Assembly: GCA_012295275.1 (NCBI GenBank)
Contig: CM022665.1
Coordinates: forward strand, 34,100,001-34,164,000
Source: Chrysomallon squamiferum
Taxonomy: Eukaryota; Animalia; Mollusca
Direction: 5' to 3'
DNA length: 64,000 nucleotides
This document shows positions 42,592 to 55,502 of this stretch, one piece after another. Position numbers and translations under genes: made by a program. Below the pieces are notes generated by a model. That model searched no databases and was not told the origin of the DNA. It saw nothing but the letters and a program-made list of their open reading frames with translations. The number at the start of each line of letters is the position of its first letter. Within the stretch, counting starts at the first letter, position 1.

Positions 42592-43401
42592 TTTTCATTC
42601 GGAAAGTCGGAACTCCATAAGCCGAATCATCATGTTTTGAAATAAAATGATGGGCGCGGTCCTGTGTATTTGATAAATTTAAATGAAAATGACCTAACGC
42701 ATGCACATCTTCATTAAATATTAGATAACTATAGCCTTAGAACTTATGAATATAAGCATACTGACCGCAGTGAAAAGCGAAACACGGCTAACCACGTGGA
42801 ATTATCTTCTGCGGATGATAAAGTAGGTCACAACTACTTCATTGATTAACAGACCAGCTTTCAGTTAGCGCGCCAAACGCCTGGGACGAGTCAATGGATC
42901 GAGAGCTGCACAACTGGCAAAGCAGAAATGAATATAACATACGGGGAAAACTTGTTTGCTTAAAAAGACAGTTGTGTATCTACAGTTAAAAAACACAGCA
43001 CATTCCGTGCATGTCTATCAATATGTCCGAAATTAATGTTTTCTTTAAGGAAACGACTTCCACGTTTTTAGTAAAATCACCATAAACACACATACAAAGC
43101 ATGACTACACCATACGTACATATGGAGAGAGACAGCGAAACACGTCAGTATTTTACTTTGTCTAATTATAAATGAAATTATATTGCTGTGCTTTGCATTA
43201 ATTATGACATTGTATATATATATATATATACCGAAAAATAATTTTGAAACCTGCATTTGTGAGAAATACTTTCTTCGATTTCGTTGTTAGTGAAAAAAAA
43301 AAAAGACATCTGTAATTTAATTATAACAAAATCCGATATCCGGCTATCCAATCTTCAACAAAATTACCCGATTTAACATTGTTGAGATACGGCTAAACTT
43401 C

Positions 43402-43454
<53 letters not shown>
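43402..43454. repeat. (ATT)n microsatellite
   Basis: Pure TATTATTAT tract. Confidence 0.95.
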
Positions 43455-43455
<1 letters not shown>

Positions 43456-44079
43456 CTTGTATAATTATAGTATAATTATGCATCATGCTAATACCAACAA
43501 ATTTATAAATTTTGTTGACTGTTTCATCTTCAGTATCTCTGATTACATCAAAACTTCAAATGAAGAAACATTAATGGGGAATATCATTTCAAAATAACAA
43601 TTTAATACATTATTATTCAAATTAATATAAATTTTTGAGAATAAAAACGGTGTCAAAAACTATATGAAAAGAATGTCATAAGATGACTTGGAAAAAAAAA
43701 AAAAAAAAAATTATATGCCATTGTCATAAGATATAGATTTCGGTAATTAAAACATTTATCGGCTAAGGTGCATTGGAAAATACCAGTGATCGGATGACAA
43801 GAAAATGTTGGACTTTGAAATGAGGGAAATCTACCCAGGCTAGGATGTGTGCACGATTGAACTTGCCGCTGTAAGGCATCCGCTTTATTTCGCAATATTT
43901 CTGATAGTAACTTTTACAAATATATTGTGTATTAAAACGGTTAATCATGATTTTATGCTTATATATTTTGTATAATGTTTGTGTTTCGGCACTCAAGTGT
44001 ATAAAATATAATTATGTGAGAAAATGTGTGCATTTTTATTTCTTGAACTGTGACGTAAAGTAAAATATATATTAAATGG

Positions 44080-44330
44080 TATATTTTGTATAGGAGAATC
44101 GACTATACTTGAATGGCAGAATTTTCACTGTGCTATTTCCCGCTCTAGCTAGTTCTCTGTGACTTAGGTTTCAAAGACTATGGTTTGTGCTTCCCTATCC
44201 GTTGGAAAAATTTATAATTATAAAACACCCCACACTGCTAATCGTCATGAGTGACCACGGAATGGTGGCAGCGGCTTACTTCTCTGTTATTATATAAAAA
44301 AATATATGCAAAAATTATATAAATACTGTA
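44080..44330 (+). mobile_element. Degenerate SINE-like repeat
   Basis: GGTTTGTGCTTCCCTATCCGTTGG...ATAAAACACCCCACACTGCTAATCG...GGTGGCAGCGGCTTACTTTCTCT; same family as 2695-2950 (inverted). Family assignment from memory. Confidence 0.45.
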
Positions 44331-45768
44331 ATTATAATACTTCATTCAGTCAGTTGAGTTTCTTATCTCAATTGTATGTTAAATAACACCGACGCGCGGT
44401 TCTACTTGACAGTGATTAAAACAAGCACTCGTGTACTTTCCCTGGCAATGATGTCGGAAACGTAGCAAAAGTGTACAAGGGTCACATCACCTTTCGATCA
44501 AAGCCATGTGTAAACAGTCTATTCTTAGCGAGATTTTTCTGTAACGCTTTTGAAACTCAAACACTGGACATGATTTACTTAAAGGTGTTCTTAAGCACAG
44601 CTTTCTTTTCTTAGCTATTGTTAAAAATTCGTCTAAATTTTTCACGGTTAGTTGATCACTGTATCGAAAGGTGAAGTTTCGGATGTCTGCCCTACACTGA
44701 TCCCCGTTGAAATAGATAGGATACCGCTGACCACGTTGCCAAAGGCAATTGGATAATTATCAACATGGTGTTATTTTAGATGAGGTGGGTATGAAATAAT
44801 GGTGTCGATCACTTTGTGACAGCTACGCCCTAACAGTCAAATAAGGTTCACGAATATTATAAAACTAGTATGTCTGTCGTTAGTATTAGTTTTAGTAATA
44901 GTATTACTACCCACTTAAAATACTAAACTAAACTAAACTTTAACAACAACAACAACAACAACAACAGTAATAATAGTAATAAAATGATTATAATAAATAC
45001 TGGTCATTTTCTAACAGTTTTTTATGTTACTTAGAAAAGTCATGTTTAGAAAGTTACTCGTGATCTCACCACGAGAACCACAAAATACACACGATTTACG
45101 TTACATATGAAAGCCGATATCAAATCCACATCTCATTCATACACAGTTTTAAAAAACCATTGTTACATATATATATATAAGACATTTTAATCCAGTATAC
45201 AATAGTATTCCTATATATCTTACAAACTATTAACATATAATACAATTATTAACTCTTGTATTTTTTTTTTTTTTTTTTTTTTTGCTTATGTGTACTTATG
45301 GTGTATATAATGATTACAAAATGAGGACTAAAAATTCGGTCGCTCTAGTTACAAGACAGTGAACCAGACAAACCAGTTTATTTTTACAACAGGGTCCAAA
45401 GTTCTACCGTACTATTAAGCATAACATTTCGTCTGCACGGCAAGATCTAATTATGGCCTTGAGAAGTGGCTTGAGGTGCGCACTTCAAATAAATAAATTT
45501 ATACAAAGATGACGAGCTTTTGTTTTTCAAAAAAAAAAGATAATGGATTGCGTTGCAAAATGTAATGTCGGGATATTGAGAAACAATATCAAAAACAAAA
45601 CACGCACATTCGGACACTTTCTCGAGTGGCAAGAAAAAAAAAGATCTAAAACCAGTTAATGTAAACCAACGTTATTTTTAACTTCAAATTTAGGTAATAT
45701 GAACATGTATGTTTGTATGTATGAATCTTATTTTTATACTACTACTATTAGTAATATCATCAGCAGCA

Positions 45769-45800
<32 letters not shown>

Positions 45801-46061
45801 GTAAATAATAATAAAAAAAATAAAACGGGTCAAAGGAAATGTTGCTGTCTAAATTTAGTACATTCGTCTCCTAATTAAGACAACCTACATCTCATTCGCA
45901 CGTTTTGGTCATTTAAGTAAAAGAAAAAACACAAAAACCAGATTAAAACACATTAATCATGCAACAATAAAATATACATACATATTTTTATTTAATAGTT
46001 TATTTAACCATTGATGTGTACTATTATTTTTAATTTAATATTTAATTTATATATATATATA

Positions 46062-46092
<31 letters not shown>

Positions 46093-46724
46093 TTTTTATC
46101 TGGACGGTGTGTGTGAGTGTGTGTGCGCGTTCAAGCCTGTGCATGTGTTTTAATTTTAATATTTGACTTACTGGTGTCAATTCATTTCACTGTTTAATTT
46201 TTACCTTTTTATTTTGTTGTATATATAGCTTATCTAAAGGAGATGAAGCAGTTAAAGAATAATTATATAATTTAATTTTCATTTTTTATGTATTATTATT
46301 ATTATTACATGATCTTTTTAATCTTTCTCATACAGATTATTCAAACTTTATTAAAGCCATATGTTGCTGCAGTTGTTGATGATGAGTAAGACCAGGACGA
46401 CGATGATGATGATCTGAGTTTTTGTAATCTTTCCCAGAACATTTTTTCAACCATTATTACCTGAATATTTACAGCTATTTATTCGTGTGACTGAAATAAT
46501 CTGCTCTTCCAAACATTCTCTATCTGTGATCAGCTAAGCAGTCAGTGAAGCGATTTACGAATGTTATCTGAATACATGTCACATGAGGCATATATGTAAA
46601 TAAGAACGTAGCTCCTTACTTATATAAGATCCTATATGAACATATTAAAAAAGATAAATTTATGCTTGCTGCCGCCTCTGTATATATTTAGTAATTTGTT
46701 TATAGATATTTATATATGTAATTA

Positions 46725-46772
<48 letters not shown>

Positions 46773-48079
46773 TATGTCTGCATGCATGCCATACTTACTA
46801 TACATTCTAAATAATAATAATAAATAGTAAAATAACAAAGAAAAGAACACAATTTAAATAATAGTAATAATATAAACGAAGAATAATACGTATCAATCTA
46901 AAACAAACTTTTCAAGAGATTACTACTTACTTGTTTAGAAATCTGTACAAGTCAAATTTAGCTGTTTTTTGTTCGGTTCCTTTAGCGTTTTATCGCGTGT
47001 TGCGTATTTTGGGTTCCGTTATAAATATATATACTGCCGGCTAAGTTGGACTTTGGCCGATAGAGCGAAGTAAGAATGTGTGCCAGGATCTAAACACGTA
47101 CCTTTACCAGGTGGACATTTATCGTCTCTTACATCACTCTCACATAAACATACGCCTGATTTATTACTTCTAATGACACGAAAAAGGTGGGAGGAGAGAG
47201 AGGCGTGACTTATTAACGGGTTGCCCCTAGTAACTTTAAGAAGCGTAATGTGCTTAATTCTTAATTCTTAAATGTCATTTTTTCTTAATTGTGTATGTGT
47301 GTATATGTATGTGACTGTGTGTGTCTCTGTGTGTTTTATCTGACGTAAATCGAAATTTTCATAAATCAAGGATATAATAAAATAATATGCGTATATACAT
47401 TTACATACGTCATATATCCATGCATGTATAAAATAATATTATGAAAAATTAATAAATTTAAAGAAAGAAAGAAAGAAAGAAACTAATTAAAACAGGCACA
47501 CACATACTTAATATATGTAAATGTATGGATAAAAATATACGTTTTTATAATATTCAACCATATTGTATGCACATTATTATTAATTAATTATTCTTCTATT
47601 ATGTTTGCATTGTGTTTTTATTTGATACATTATTATCATTATTATTATTAAACAAACACAGAACTACCTATTTCCTGTTCATCAGTAAACTTACATATTT
47701 CAAAAGTTTTATTTGCTATGATGACACATATATACATAAATTCCCTAAAAAAAAAAAAATAAACAAAACAAAACAAAAAAACCGTTCTAGAACATCATTA
47801 AAATGTAATATGATTTCTTTGTTTTATTATTGTATTTATCTGTCCTTGTATTTACGACAGGGACAACAGAAATTTACATAATTATGTAAACATATATTTT
47901 CAAGTGACTGTTGAGACATACCTGTTTTGACCTATTTCAGCCATAAGTACCACATTGTCTGATTACAAGTGCTTAACTGGTGCAAGTATGTCTCTGTGAA
48001 TAAAACGAATAAATATTTACATAAAAAAATATTAGGTTTTTTTAATTTTTAATATTATTTATTTATTTGTTTATCTTTA

Positions 48080-48129
<50 letters not shown>

Positions 48130-49818
48130 TATCATTATAAGAGACAGAAAATATTAGTACGTGGTTGCTGTTAGATATTAACAAGAAACAATCTGTTACA
48201 TATTCAGTGGTTTTCAACAATTTGGGGCCATAAGTTTACTAGATTATAAGATGTTTAAAATATTTTATAAAACAAATAATAATTCACTTATTTTGAATTG
48301 CAAGAATTCTTGGCCAGTGACATTAATAAGTTCAGAAATTTTGCTCTTATTACATCATATTCAAATTAGATCCATATGAGGCTTACGTCCGACATAGCTA
48401 TATGTACGTATGGATGGATAAATGTTTGTTTACGTATATGTTTACCAAATGTTATCATAGATCTATTCACACAGGCCATATCATGTTTGTTTACGTTACT
48501 GACATATATAGTTTAAAAAACAATAATAATAACAATAAATAAATACTTTGTTCAGATTAGATTAACAGAATTAAAATGTATTCACTAAATCATTACAAAT
48601 TTTTTTTCTATTTATTTTGTTGTTGTTTTCTGTTTTTATCATCATCATCATCAATGAATTGAGTTGAGAATTAAAAAGAGCTGGTCATCTTTTCGATTCG
48701 CTTGTAGAGTAACACATTATTTTTCCACTGAAGATTTTATTTAAAATAAATGTATGTTTTCTAGCCACAACATAAATATTCAATTATCATAAAAAGTGAT
48801 ATTAAAAATTTAAAAAGAAAACCTATTTCAATTTATTTCATTTATTTGAAAGGTTTTTCACTCAGCCAGTAATATAATTATTTCTATGTTATTGGATTTA
48901 ACTCAACCAATAAAGCCTGTGTGTTCGGAACGTATTATGGGATCCAGCCTAAGGCTATTAAGCTGAAAGAGTCGTAATTAGATACAGATGTGGCGACTAA
49001 TAGTGACCATTGAACTACAATCGCCGAATCGGTTTAACTTTTCAGTACTGTGCTTCCGACCCAAAACAGAGGGCATATTTGGACTAAAATACAGTCACGT
49101 CAAACTAATGCTATTATCTTTATGTATAAGAATAGGTAATTACAAGCCTTATGTAACAAAGATTATTAGAACGTGGTTATATTTACGTATTTATATATGT
49201 ATGTACGTATTACGAACCTCACCAATTCAAGTCCAAAATACACGCATGCATAGATCTGTGTACCTATGTACATATGTGTATGTGTCTCTTTGATTGTTTT
49301 CTTTCAGTTATTAAAAACAAAAGATAAATACATCTATAAAATCGACGACAGGCGTCCTTTCTTAATCAAAGGCATGATACCAGTTTATTTGTTTGTGAAT
49401 GCTTTTAGTTACAGAGAATAAAAGCAGCGTACTTCAGTTCATCTCTTTACAACAATATAAAAAGAAGGGGGAGGGGGTGGAATAATAATAATATATATAT
49501 ATTTTTTTTTAAACACAAGAACAAACAAATAAAAACAACAATAACAACAACAACAACAACAAACGTATGCCTTGCATGTGTGATATTCTCATTTTTCAAA
49601 GGAATATATTGGTCCTCTTCCAAATAATATTCAGGAATTGCCGAACTGTACAGAACTGAAGTTGAAACTAAAACAATCTTGAATGCTTTTATATTCTAGG
49701 AAGGAATTTATTAACAACAAATATCGGAGAAGGAAGAAAAAGAAAGAAAAAAGTAACAAACGTTCATGATGTTGCTTCCTGAAATTGGATTGATAAAAAA
49801 AAGAAAAAAAAAGAATAT

Positions 49819-52800
49819 ATGATGGTTTCGCAAGGACTGAAAGCAAAAAGTAGCCTGGTATCCATTCTTATAATAATTGGGGCCTATTTGTATAATAAAC
49901 GATGTGACGACATTTTACAAGAACGAATACACAAAGTTCTGTCAGGTTTGCTCAGCGCAGAAAACAAAATTCCGCTACCCAAAACAAGAGTTGCAATTGG
50001 TTTTGGTGGCTGTTATGATTTACATGTCAGGGCATTTGAAATTTTTGACAAAATCAACGTATCAGCGCCCACCGATCCGAAACATTATAACAGTATTAGA
50101 AACAGCGAAGAACTTTCGCAATTACTAGCTTACTTTTTTCAACACGGAGCAGCGGCGGAGTAAGTAATATCAGTTGATATGACGTTTAACGGTTTCTATA
50201 TGTGGTTAAATGGCAGTAATAAAACTTAAAAAATAAAAATGATAATAATAACAACTACAACATAATTAAATTTATAACTTTTTATTATTATAATTATTAT
50301 TTAACTTTAAAAATGTATAATTATTCAGCTGATCTACATTATGCTAAAATAAAGAGTAAATAATTTTTTTTTATTTTTTTTATTATTTTTTTTTTTAATT
50401 AGAGTATCAAATATTGATATATTTGTACCTGTCCACTTTAACAAATTCATTTTGGTTTGACATAACAGCCATAATTATTATTATTTTGGTGCTGCATAGT
50501 GTTTCATTCCACTTAAATACTGATTTGAATTTGAAAAAAAAAAAAAAAAAACCCATATTCAGTAACATTAAATGAGATGTTTATTTACAGACGGTATGTG
50601 GGCAACAAAACACTTTTTGATCTGCTTGTAAAAACTGCTCACAGTTTGCCAAATAAGAAATGGATTGTTGGAGGGAATGCAGCTGTCATGGCACAGCGGA
50701 TGGCAAAGGAAGGCTTGGAAGTGATGCTTGGTGCAAGATTAACAGAGTTCTTAAGCACTACACTGGATTCAAACATTAGAGGTTTAAACTTTGTATAAAA
50801 TTTTATTATTATTACTGTTATTTTATACATCTCTGGAATGACTGTCATATGTTTATTTCAATTTGATTTGATATCTTTTGGATTTTTTTGGTTGGGATTG
50901 AATAATTATTGTTTTTTTACCATTTTGACATATATCTGCACTTAAGAATGCCTTTGATTTAAAATGACATGGAACAGTATGTCTAAAATGATCTATGATT
51001 AAAACAACAAAATATTGAGAAGAAATAGTTATGTTTTAGATCTACAGAAATGAACAAACATTTTAACATCTGTGATGTGTAGTTTCTATTAATGTTTGTA
51101 ATGGGTTTTTTAAAACTTTTTTTTATTATAATTTTTTGTTTTCAATTTTATAAATGTATTTGATTGTTTTTAGTAAAACTTTTACTGGCTTTGCAATGTA
51201 CTTATTACAGTTGTTGGAAAACCATCTGCAAAGGAAGTGGTTCACTTAGGATTGGAATATGAAGCAGGGGCAACCTGGGGAAAGTACACATCTCCACGGG
51301 CAAACAGGTAACAACTATATCAATAGCTGATTTTAACTGTTAGCCAAACCTGAATTCATGTTATGTTAGTTAAGGAAAATGTGACAATATGCATTTTTTT
51401 TAATACATTATGTAAGTCTTATTTCAAGGTTCAGAAAATGTTATTGGCAGTTCAAAAACATTTCCAAATTTAACTGTAAGCATAAATCTAGCTATTGAGG
51501 GGGAAGGGAAACAACAAAACATTTCACATGGATATAATTCATGAACAATTTAAAGCTTAAAAGTAATCCTCCAGAATTCAACAACTTTTATTTAATTATT
51601 GTTACTATTACTATTATTTTCATTTTTTTTTCTTCTCTTTATTTGGTAAACCTTTCCATGTAGCATTAACAAAGGGTGCATTTTATTGACTCTATTTCAG
51701 CTACCAAATGCTGTCATCTAAACAAAGCATATTTTAATGTGCAAATGATCTCAAAAATATGTGAAAAAAATTTGTTGTACAAGTGTAACTGATTCTACAT
51801 GGTGAATAGCAACAGGTTCAGTTACAATTATTAATTAATTACTGATGTATACAAATATCATATAAGATGTTGATTCATGACCAGCATTATTTTTTTAGAA
51901 CACTGAAATAATGAAATATTTCTAAATTTCTTTAAAAGTTATCCTTGAATCTATAATTAACGTTTATACTTATTTACAGACTTATAGTGCACAGTGATTC
52001 TTTAAACCCTTTCCTAGAATCAATGATAGAATTCCAACAGCAGCTCAAACAGTTTGATCCATCCCTTGTGGTTGTTGGAGGTCTGCAGTTGATGGACAAT
52101 TTTCCATTCCATGATGGTGAGAAAACAACCATATTAATTTAATATATTAACATTTTTTTAATTAAGTGTTCTGCTTTACAAGAAATCTAATTTCATGATT
52201 GTTTAAGTATTTAACTATTAAATTTTGTTTTCAAATACATCTTTTCTTTCTTCTTATAGGTGAACGGCAACACAGACTTAGAACGTTAGAGTCCATTATT
52301 GCTAAAGTTCCAGTGAAAATGAAAATCCACTTTGAGATGGCCTCCTTTACAGATGTTACTCTGATGGATGAAATCTACAAGCATGTTTTACTATACTGTG
52401 ACTCCCTTGGCATGAATGAGCAAGAACTGCCTAACCTAGTCAGCTTGCTGTACCATGGCAATGTGTCACTGATATCCGACAGCTATCCACGTATTGCTAC
52501 AGTGCTTGATCAGATGAGACAGGTTTACAGCCTGCTGAGAAATACAACACAAGTAAGTGGAAGGAGAAGGCTGTCTCGTTTGCACATACACACACTTGCT
52601 TATCAGGTAATTTTAACATCAAAAGATTCAACATGGAAAAATACTATGTCTGCTGCTGCCAAAGCTGCCTTAACTGCTCACAGACATGTCTGTGGTTCTG
52701 ATAATATTGATGAACGAAAAGCTAAACTGATTGTTGATTATTCTTTCTCAAGCAGTCAGTCTGAATCATCAAGAAGAATTGAGTTTGTAGATAAAAGACC

Positions 52801-52927
52801 AGTGTCATGTTGGGAAGAAGATGAGTACCAAATCTGTGTTGCACCAGTATTAGTCTGCACAGATGTATTTGTCACATCAGGGGGTGGAGATAACATATCA
52901 TCCGCTGGTCTCGTCTTACAGTTATAA
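49819..52927 (+). CDS. ADPGK: ADP-dependent glucokinase, ~477 aa
   Basis: Exons 49819-50159, 50591-50781, 51211-51307, 51980-52116, 52260-52927 (1434 nt). N-terminal hydrophobic anchor; motifs YFFQHGAAAERY, VGGNAAVMA, SPRANRLIVHSD, IHFEMASF, DSLGMNEQEL, RLHIHTLAYQ, and catalytic TSGGGDNISSAGL. Confidence 0.96.
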
Positions 52928-55502
52928 CATAATTCAGAAAAAATATTCTTAACCATATATATATATATATATAGTTTATAAAAAAAAAAATGGCTGGTTC
53001 AACAAGATACTTTAAAAATTGTTTAATGCTCTGAGATTACATAACATTTCTTTCATGCTTTTCTTCTTGCATCTTTGAAATTATTTGCATGTAGTTACAT
53101 ATTCTACAGAAAGATTTTTTTTTTTTTTTTTAAATGACTAAATGTACTGAAGTTGTATGAAAATTAAAGCTAATACTGAAACTAAATAAAAGTTAACCAA
53201 AATCTTCCTTATTTTACAAAATAGAAGCCAAAAACGGAACTGTATTGATATTACAGCTCATTTAGTTTGGATATTACTGTAAATTTTCATTCTCAAATGT
53301 AAAGACACACATCTCTAGTTCATTAGATATATTAACTTTTTTTGTGATAGGGAGTGCATTTAACAAATAAGACAAATGTTTAGATGCTACACTGGTGTAA
53401 TGCCTCTTATGCTTTAGGGGCCAAAAATGACAGCTCTATTTAGAAACAAAAATATTTAAAAAAAAGACAGTGGGACCTATCTTTAGTGAACAACGATGTG
53501 TCCTTCAATGGGATAGATTATACATTTTAATTTTTTTTTTTATTTGTATTCTATCGGGCTGAAAACATGTGTGCCTATCAGTAATAACTGTAAATTACAT
53601 TCTATCTGTAAATGATTTGTTAGTTATTTTATTGTTACAGAAGTGTTATTTAAATTTGTCCAATGAACTCAGTATAGTAAACTACCTTGCAGAATTAATT
53701 TTTTCTTTATGTTTCTGTGTTTTCATCTTATTTATATGTAGAGGGTCCAGGGTATTGCCAACTATTTTTTTTTTCTTTTTATCTGTGCTTCTCCCATTTT
53801 TGTTTCTTGATCTGGCTAAATTACGAAAATGGATGTTTTATTACCATTTATTGCACGTTTTTTTTTTTTAAGTTGTAAAAAGCTGAACGACAAAACATTT
53901 TTGCAGTTCATTTGGTGCATGTTGTAACTTTGAATGCTTGCTGGCTGAATTTACCGAACTGGAAAATAATTTGTGGGATGTCAGAATTTATTATTATTAT
54001 TTTTTGATAATGCAATTGAAATCTGTTTTATGCTAATATTATGGGATTCGGTTTCTTTTTTAATTTTTTTAATTATTATTAACTGTTACAGAATACATTT
54101 ACTATTGGACAGATTATCTATTGTTAGTCACTTTTCATTGACTTATGCAAGTGGTAAATTATTTTTTATTTTTTAACAGATGCACAGCAAGTTTGGTATT
54201 GGATAGATTAACCAACAACAAACAGCTAATTAACTTTTGAATATCTGGGGAAGATGAGAATTTAAAAAGAAATGTATATATTCATTGTTTTCTTAAAAAC
54301 AAATTAAATACAGTATTAGGGCCACATGCATTTGAACAAGCGCTAAACATATGAGCATGTAAATTCTTAGTATTTTTTCACATTTAATATTTAGTTTACA
54401 GTCATGCAAAGTTCAAATAACATTTGCTCAGTTGTAACACAAAAATAAAATATTAAATGCACAGCTTAGTAAAAATTGTTTCTGTCACTGATACTTATCC
54501 CTTTTATCATGAGATGTCCTTGACATTCCCCTAAACACATCTAGTTTTATTAGGTGTCAGTTATTTAAATGTTTATTTTTTCATTTTATTTAAATATGGT
54601 GTTTTTCTTTTCAAGTATTGTAATTATGGATAATGTTACCCATTGTTTTCGTTTATTGTAAATTTAAAATATTTTCTTCTACAATTGTCTGTGTACTATA
54701 TATAGTTCTTAATGCAAGATAACATTCAGTATATAAAAATAAATTATCATAAACACGAGTACTTTCAGATAAATAACAGCATTTGAAGTGTTATCACTAC
54801 CAAAGTTGTAATTCATTTATACAAGAGGCTTTTACATTCTTGAGTATCAAAAAAAAAAAGAAAAAAAAAAAAGAAAAAATATATATATATATAAAAAAAA
54901 CAATCATAATTTCTGTAACCCAAACCAACACTTAATGGGATTTTTACATATAAATCATCAAATAAGTCAATATTACAGACCTATTTTTCTTAATTATTTT
55001 ATTCAATTATTTTTAATATTTGAACAGATGCAATATTCATTTTTAGAGAATAGTTCATTAATTTATAATACTATATAACAAAATAAATAAAATAGGGAAC
55101 CCGTATTTTATAATGAATACAAGATTTATTTGATTGCTGAGCAATTACTTGTCATTCTATTGTAAGAGCATGTTTTAATATTGAAAATTATCTTTCTCTT
55201 CCAATTGTTTGCCCCATTCCTTTAAGCAGATAAAAATTAAAAATTAAATTATAAACAGCCTAATAATTTAGCGTAAAATAAAATCAGTTAAATGGTAGAA
55301 GTGCAGTTTTTGAGTTGTTTTCAAATACATTTACATGGGCTTGGCAAACTAACAACTGTTCAGTCTTAAATTTTCTTCTTAAGATGTCAACCTGATAAAA
55401 TAACTAACTTGGGCATTTCATTCTTTATTTGCAGCTTTTATTGTACTTTCAGATTTCAAACACATGGTACACATTTGTCAAGGTCCCATATATATCAATA
55501 AT

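Noticed and set aside
42760-42830. Exon-like open stretch in the intergenic region
   Set aside because: Weak acceptor, no partner exons and no recognisable protein similarity.
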